Position numbers and translations under genes: made by a program. A stretch of 64,000 nucleotides of DNA. It comes from Thermodesulfobacteriota bacterium. Lineage in GTDB: Bacteria; Desulfobacterota; Binatia; Bin18. Each line of letters begins with the position of its first letter. Position 1 is the first letter of the stretch. The notes under the pieces were generated by a model, which did not search any database, had not been told where the DNA came from, and was given only the letters and a program-made list of their open reading frames with translations. The DNA lies in the NCBI GenBank assembly GCA_964291405.2, contig OZ219926.1, positions 4,288,001 through 4,352,000 on the forward strand. The letters are read 5' to 3'. Of this stretch, positions 59,779 to 64,000 are shown piece after piece.

Positions 59779-61020
59779 TCAGATTGCGCCCTCGGCCTGG
59801 GCTGCTTTAACCTCTTCGTTGCTGTACCCGACCAGCTCCCGCAGGATTTCCTGGGTATGCTCGCCGAGGCGGGGCGAAGTCGTGACCTCGACCGGTGAAT
59901 CGGAGAGCTTGAGCGGACAGCCGACCGTTTTGAACCGTCCGCGCTCCCGATGCTCGACTTCGGCTATAATGTCTCGCGCGGCCAGCGACTCGTCCTCCAG
60001 CAGCTCTTTCATGTCCAGGGTCGGGCCGCAGGGCACATTGGCCGTGTTGAGGAGCTGCATGGCTTCGTACTTGGTGTGCTTTTGGGTCCAGGCCTCGATC
60101 GTCGCGAAACAGTCATCCAGATGGGAGAGACGCGCCTCCGGCGTGGCATAGTCCGGATGGTCGATGAGTTCCTCGCGGCCAATCAGCTTCATCAGCGGCC
60201 CCCAGACCTGGGCCTGGACGACCACATAGATGTAGTCGTTGGGGCCGCCGGGTTTGCATTTGAGGGCCACCCCCGGATGGCCACCCCCGGAGGCGTTACC
60301 GGAACGCGGTACGGCTGGGCCAAAGGGCTTATCGGGATACTGCGGGTACTCCTTCAAGGGACCGTGGGCAAGCCGCTGCTGGTCGCGCAGCTTGACCCGA
60401 CACAGATTCAGCACCGCATCCTGCATGGCGACCTCAACCCGCTGCCCGGCTCCGGTTTTCTCCCTCTGAAAGAGGGCCGCCAGAATCGCGGCTACCAGAT
60501 GCATGCCCGTCCCGGAATCTCCGATCTGGGCTCCCGTACTGGTCGGCGGGCCGTCATCCCAGCCCGTTGTGCTCATGGCTCCTCCCATGGCCTGGGCGAC
60601 GGTTTCGTATGCCTTGCAGTCTGCGAACGGACCGGGACCGAACCCCTTGCCGGAGGCATAGATTATGCGCGGATTGATCTGCCGGATGACCTCCCAACTG
60701 AAGCCTTGGCGGTCCAGAGCGCCGGGCGCAAAGTTTTCGACCAGCACGTCACACTTCTTGATCAGCTTCCGAAAAATATCCTGTCCCTTGGGGGTCTTGG
60801 TATTGATAGTGATGCTGCGCTTATTGCAGTTGAGCATGGTGAAATACAGGCTATCGACATCGGGCAGGTCCCGGAGTTGTTGGCGGGTGATATCGCCCCG
60901 GCCCGGCAGTTCGACTTTGATGACATCCGCGCCGAGCCAGGCGAGCATCTGGGTACAAGAAGGCCCCATCTGGACGTGGGTCATGTCAAGAACACGGATG
61001 CCGTCCAAAGCTTTTCCCAT
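59779..61020 (-). CDS. frc: Formyl-CoA transferase
   Basis: [53 protein letters not shown]. Confidence 0.9.
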   Translation of the reverse strand: MGKALDGIRVLDMTHVQMGPSCTQMLAWLGADVIKVELPGRGDITRQQLRDLPDVDSLYFTMLNCNKRSITINTKTPKGQDIFRKLIKKCDVLVENFAPGALDRQGFSWEVIRQINPRIIYASGKGFGPGPFADCKAYETVAQAMGGAMSTTGWDDGPPTSTGAQIGDSGTGMHLVAAILAALFQREKTGAGQRVEVAMQDAVLNLCRVKLRDQQRLAHGPLKEYPQYPDKPFGPAVPRSGNASGGGHPGVALKCKPGGPNDYIYVVVQAQVWGPLMKLIGREELIDHPDYATPEARLSHLDDCFATIEAWTQKHTKYEAMQLLNTANVPCGPTLDMKELLEDESLAARDIIAEVEHRERGRFKTVGCPLKLSDSPVEVTTSPRLGEHTQEILRELVGYSNEEVKAAQAEGAI

Positions 61021-61053
61021 GGTTTTCTCCTTGCCAGACGTACGCTGAATATT

Positions 61054-61092
61054 CCCCCTCACCCCAACCCTCTCCCCCCGGGGGAGAGGGAG
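61054..61092. repeat. REP-like palindromic element
   Basis: CCCCTCACCCCAACCCTCTCCCCCCGGGGGAGAGGGAG. Confidence 0.65.
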
Positions 61093-61221
61093 CCACGACT
61101 GCCTTGCGGTTACTTGTATATCGTCTGATTCCTGACGCAAAGAGGGGCGCGGGGCCGCTCCCTTGCCGAGGTCAGGGCCATCCAATATCATGCCGCCTGC
61201 AAAAACGCCCGGTAGGATAAT

Positions 61222-62886
61222 ATGAGCAAACAGACTGCAACAAAATCAATGGACCCCATTGTCTCGCTGTGCCGACGCCGCGGGTTTATCTTTCAGTCAT
61301 CCGAGCTGTACGGTGGCATTAACGGTTTTTGGGACTACGGTCCGCTCGGCGCTGAGTTGAAACGCAACCTCAAGGAAGCCTGGTGGCAAGACGTGGTCCG
61401 CTGCCCGGCCCCCGGTCCGGATGGCCGGCCCATTGAGATCGTCCCGGTTGACGCGACCATTATTATGAACCCGAAAGTCTGGGAGGCTTCGGGGCATGTG
61501 GGTGGATTCTCCGATCTGATGAGTACCTGTCGTCACTGTAAGAAGCTCGTACGGTACGATCACATCGAGGAGATGACTTACGAGAGTGACTGGTATGCTT
61601 CGTTCGTCGCCGAGTTGTACGATCCTGGTCCGCCGACTGTTAAGAGTTTACTCCGCTGGGCTAAAAAGTCGGGCAAGTTGGCTCCTGGCTTGGCGCAATC
61701 CATCCAGCAGACTGGCAATAAGATGGGCGAAGATGAGACACCAATAGAGCTTAGACCCTATAGACTACTCAAGCGTCTGGCAAGAACGGATGGAAGAACT
61801 CTGCTGGCGCGCCAACACTATGGTGTTGAAGAGACCGAACCTTATGAATTGCTGATTGACGCTTCTAGAGACGGGGAAGGACCGTGCCCATTCTGCGGCG
61901 GAGAGATTACTGAGCCGCGGCCTTTCAACCTGATGTTCAAGACCACAACCGGCGCGGTCGAAGACCCGTCGGCGGTCACCTATCTGCGCCCGGAGACGGC
62001 CCAGGGAATTTTTACCCAGTTCTGGAATGTGCTGGATAGCAATCGGGTGCGCGTGCCGTTTGGGATTGCGCAGATCGGCAAGGCGTTCCGCAACGAGGTC
62101 ACGCCGCGTAATTTTACGTTCCGGTCGCGTGAGTTCGAGCAGATGGAAATCGAGTTCTTCATTCATCCCGAGGAGGCCGCGGAGTGGTATCAGTACTGGC
62201 GCGACACCCGCTTTCGCTGGTGGCAATCTATTGGTCTGGCGGGCGAGAACCTGACGCTACGTGAGCACGACCAGGATGAGCTGGCCCACTACGCCAAGGA
62301 GGGGGCCGGCACGAGCGATGTGGAATATCGTTTCCCGTTTACCGCGCCCGGCTATGGGGAATTGGAAGGCGTGGCCCATCGGGCGGACTATGACCTGCGC
62401 CAGCACGCCACCCATTGCGGCCAGGGAGATAAGCTGCGCTATTTTGATGACCAGCGTAAAGAGCGTTATTTCCCGCATGTGATTGAGCCGAGCGCCGGTG
62501 CCGACCGTGGCACCCTGGCAGCACTGTGTGAAGCCTATACACAAGACGAGAACCGGCCGAGCAAGGTCTATATGAAATTCCACCCCCGGCTGGCGCCGAT
62601 CAAGGCGGCGGTATTCCCTCTGGTCAATAAAAGCGGCATGCCCGAGGTGGCCGAGAAGCTCTACCAGGAGTTGCGTCCGAAATACGCCGTCCAGTTTGAT
62701 GTGAAGCAGAACATCGGCAAACGCTACGCGCGTATGGACGAGGCCGGCACACCCTACTGCTTTACGATTGACGGCGACACGCTTGAGGACCAGACCGTGA
62801 CCGTGCGTTACCGTGACACCCTGGAGCAAGACCGTATCGGGATTGATAAGGTCGGCGCGTTTCTGGACGAGAAGATGGGGAAGTAA
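61222..62886 (+). CDS. glyQS: Glycine--tRNA ligase (alpha2 type) with long insertion
   Basis: [48 protein letters not shown]. Confidence 0.95.
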   Translation: MSKQTATKSMDPIVSLCRRRGFIFQSSELYGGINGFWDYGPLGAELKRNLKEAWWQDVVRCPAPGPDGRPIEIVPVDATIIMNPKVWEASGHVGGFSDLMSTCRHCKKLVRYDHIEEMTYESDWYASFVAELYDPGPPTVKSLLRWAKKSGKLAPGLAQSIQQTGNKMGEDETPIELRPYRLLKRLARTDGRTLLARQHYGVEETEPYELLIDASRDGEGPCPFCGGEITEPRPFNLMFKTTTGAVEDPSAVTYLRPETAQGIFTQFWNVLDSNRVRVPFGIAQIGKAFRNEVTPRNFTFRSREFEQMEIEFFIHPEEAAEWYQYWRDTRFRWWQSIGLAGENLTLREHDQDELAHYAKEGAGTSDVEYRFPFTAPGYGELEGVAHRADYDLRQHATHCGQGDKLRYFDDQRKERYFPHVIEPSAGADRGTLAALCEAYTQDENRPSKVYMKFHPRLAPIKAAVFPLVNKSGMPEVAEKLYQELRPKYAVQFDVKQNIGKRYARMDEAGTPYCFTIDGDTLEDQTVTVRYRDTLEQDRIGIDKVGAFLDEKMGK

Positions 62887-62931
62887 GTCGGGACTCGCCT
62901 GTCCCTTCCCTGGGCGGGTGATGTAAGAAGG

Positions 62932-62975
62932 AACCCACCCCGGCCCTTCGGGCCACCCCTCCCAAGAGGGGAGTT
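62932..62975. repeat. REP-like palindromic element after glyQS
   Basis: ACCCCGGCCCTTCGGGCCACCCCTCCCAAGAGGGG. Confidence 0.55.
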
Positions 62976-63223
62976 TTCCCATCTCCTCCTCGGAGGGAGT
63001 TATAGACAATCTTACCCACGCTCATAGTACCTTCATGGCTTGACTTTCATTATTTCCAGAGCATATATTTTCTGCATAACAGAAAAGCCCCGTCCATTCG
63101 TCCCTGATTAAAGACGCCCATCAAAGGCGGCACGAGTGGACGGGGCACCCCACTACCACCTTCCCCCAATACTATGAACTCTACTTATGCAATCCTGTTG
63201 GATGGCGGGGTGGGTTGCCCCGT

Positions 63224-64000
63224 TTATTCAACACCCAATTCTACTTCACCCAGCCCGTCCATCGTCAACTGCACCCTGTCGCCCTGACTCACAAACTTGG
63301 TCGCCACCACGCTGCCGGTCATGACGACCATGCCCTGAGACAGAGTCTTGCCCTGGGCGGCCAGCGTGCTCGCCAGCCAGGCCAGGGCATCGAGCGGATG
63401 GCCCAGCACGTCCCGGCCATCACCTTCTCCAACGACCTCGCCGTTGATGCGCATGGTGCCGTGGATGGCGGCCAGGTCGAGCGATTGCCAGTCTGTCAGA
63501 GGCGAACCCAGGACAATGCCGCCGTTCCAGGCGTTGTCCGCGAGCAGCGTCAATATATTGTCGGCGATCTTGGTGTAGTCCGCGTGGCGATCATCAACCA
63601 ATTCAAAGGCCGGCATGACAGCCCCGATTGCCCCGGCCACGCTATCGCGCGTATAGGGAGCCCGCTCGGCTGGCAAATCATGCGCAATCTGCACGGCAAT
63701 CTCACACTCGACTCCCAGGCGACCGAAGTCGCTCAGGCGCACCCGAGCAGGTGTATGATGGATGCTTTTTTCCATGACGGCGGCGGCAATGGGTTCGTCA
63801 AAACCGACCATTTTTTGCATCACTGGGGTGGTCAATGCAATTTTATGCCCGGCGATAGGGCCGTAGGTCTCCGTCAAGAGTTGCTGAAATGCTGCCTGAA
63901 TGGCATAGGCGTCTTCAAGATGGCGCGGGGTATGCGGCTCCGGGATGGGGATAAAGGGGCGGCCGGCCTGGCGTTCGTTCCATAAAAATCTGGCGGCCTC
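63224..64000 (-). CDS. 2-keto-4-pentenoate hydratase / FAH-family protein (5' end outside window)
   Basis: GHKIALT, VECEIA, AFELVDDR, ADNAWNGG, VLGHPL, VMTGS; frame open to the window edge. Confidence 0.88.
   Translation of the reverse strand, partial: EAARFLWNERQAGRPFIPIPEPHTPRHLEDAYAIQAAFQQLLTETYGPIAGHKIALTTPVMQKMVGFDEPIAAAVMEKSIHHTPARVRLSDFGRLGVECEIAVQIAHDLPAERAPYTRDSVAGAIGAVMPAFELVDDRHADYTKIADNILTLLADNAWNGGIVLGSPLTDWQSLDLAAIHGTMRINGEVVGEGDGRDVLGHPLDALAWLASTLAAQGKTLSQGMVVMTGSVVATKFVSQGDRVQLTMDGLGEVELGVE

Noticed and set aside
61021-61191. N-terminal extension of frc in the ORF track
   Set aside because: Reads through a REP-like palindrome; the RBS-supported start is at 61020
61530-61905. 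Intein in glyQS
   Set aside because: No intein terminal motifs or homing-endonuclease signature
253-63985. Long antisense or overlapping ORFs in the track (e.g. 253-1170, 8490-9563, 9301-10323, 36118-37011, 59950-61128, 63215-63985)
   Set aside because: Shadow frames of well-supported genes in GC-rich DNA; no recognisable motifs

Overview
GC-rich bacterial chromosomal window. The gene content (rpmE-prfA-prmC-murA-his cluster, many LLM oxidoreductases, SDRs and GSTs, alpha2-type GlyRS, secreted ankyrin protein) is suggestive of a Binatia/deltaproteobacteria-like organism, possibly an animal (e.g. sponge) symbiont; this is inference only. Bases 1-20.3 kb hold a minus-strand housekeeping run (rpmE2, prfA, prmC, murA, hisD, hisB, hisH, hisA, hisF; no hisG) split by an ~11.4 kb accessory insert between hisB and hisH. 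Bases 20-37 kb are metabolic genes, including a probably mis-assembled or decayed patch at 22.9-23.8 kb. Bases 37-52 kb are an integrase-free accessory island and the most unusual part of the window. It contains a duplicated XRE-linked promoter module; diverse small ORFs preceded by a conserved structured leader that starts with an IS-like end (GGCACTGTCCTAATTTG); matching opposite ends flanking pemIK; three secreted proteins sharing an unnamed N-terminal domain (one with ~8 ankyrin repeats); a matrixin with four Cys-rich repeats; and displaced copies of the 3' end of a sodium:solute symporter gene at its boundaries. Bases 52-64 kb contain two SSS symporter paralogs, frc, an IS630 element, two IS630-like MITEs, REP-like palindromes and glyQS with a long insertion. 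Nine toxin-antitoxin loci or remnants and two in-frame head-to-tail deletion genes are present. No rRNA, tRNA or CRISPR array was seen.
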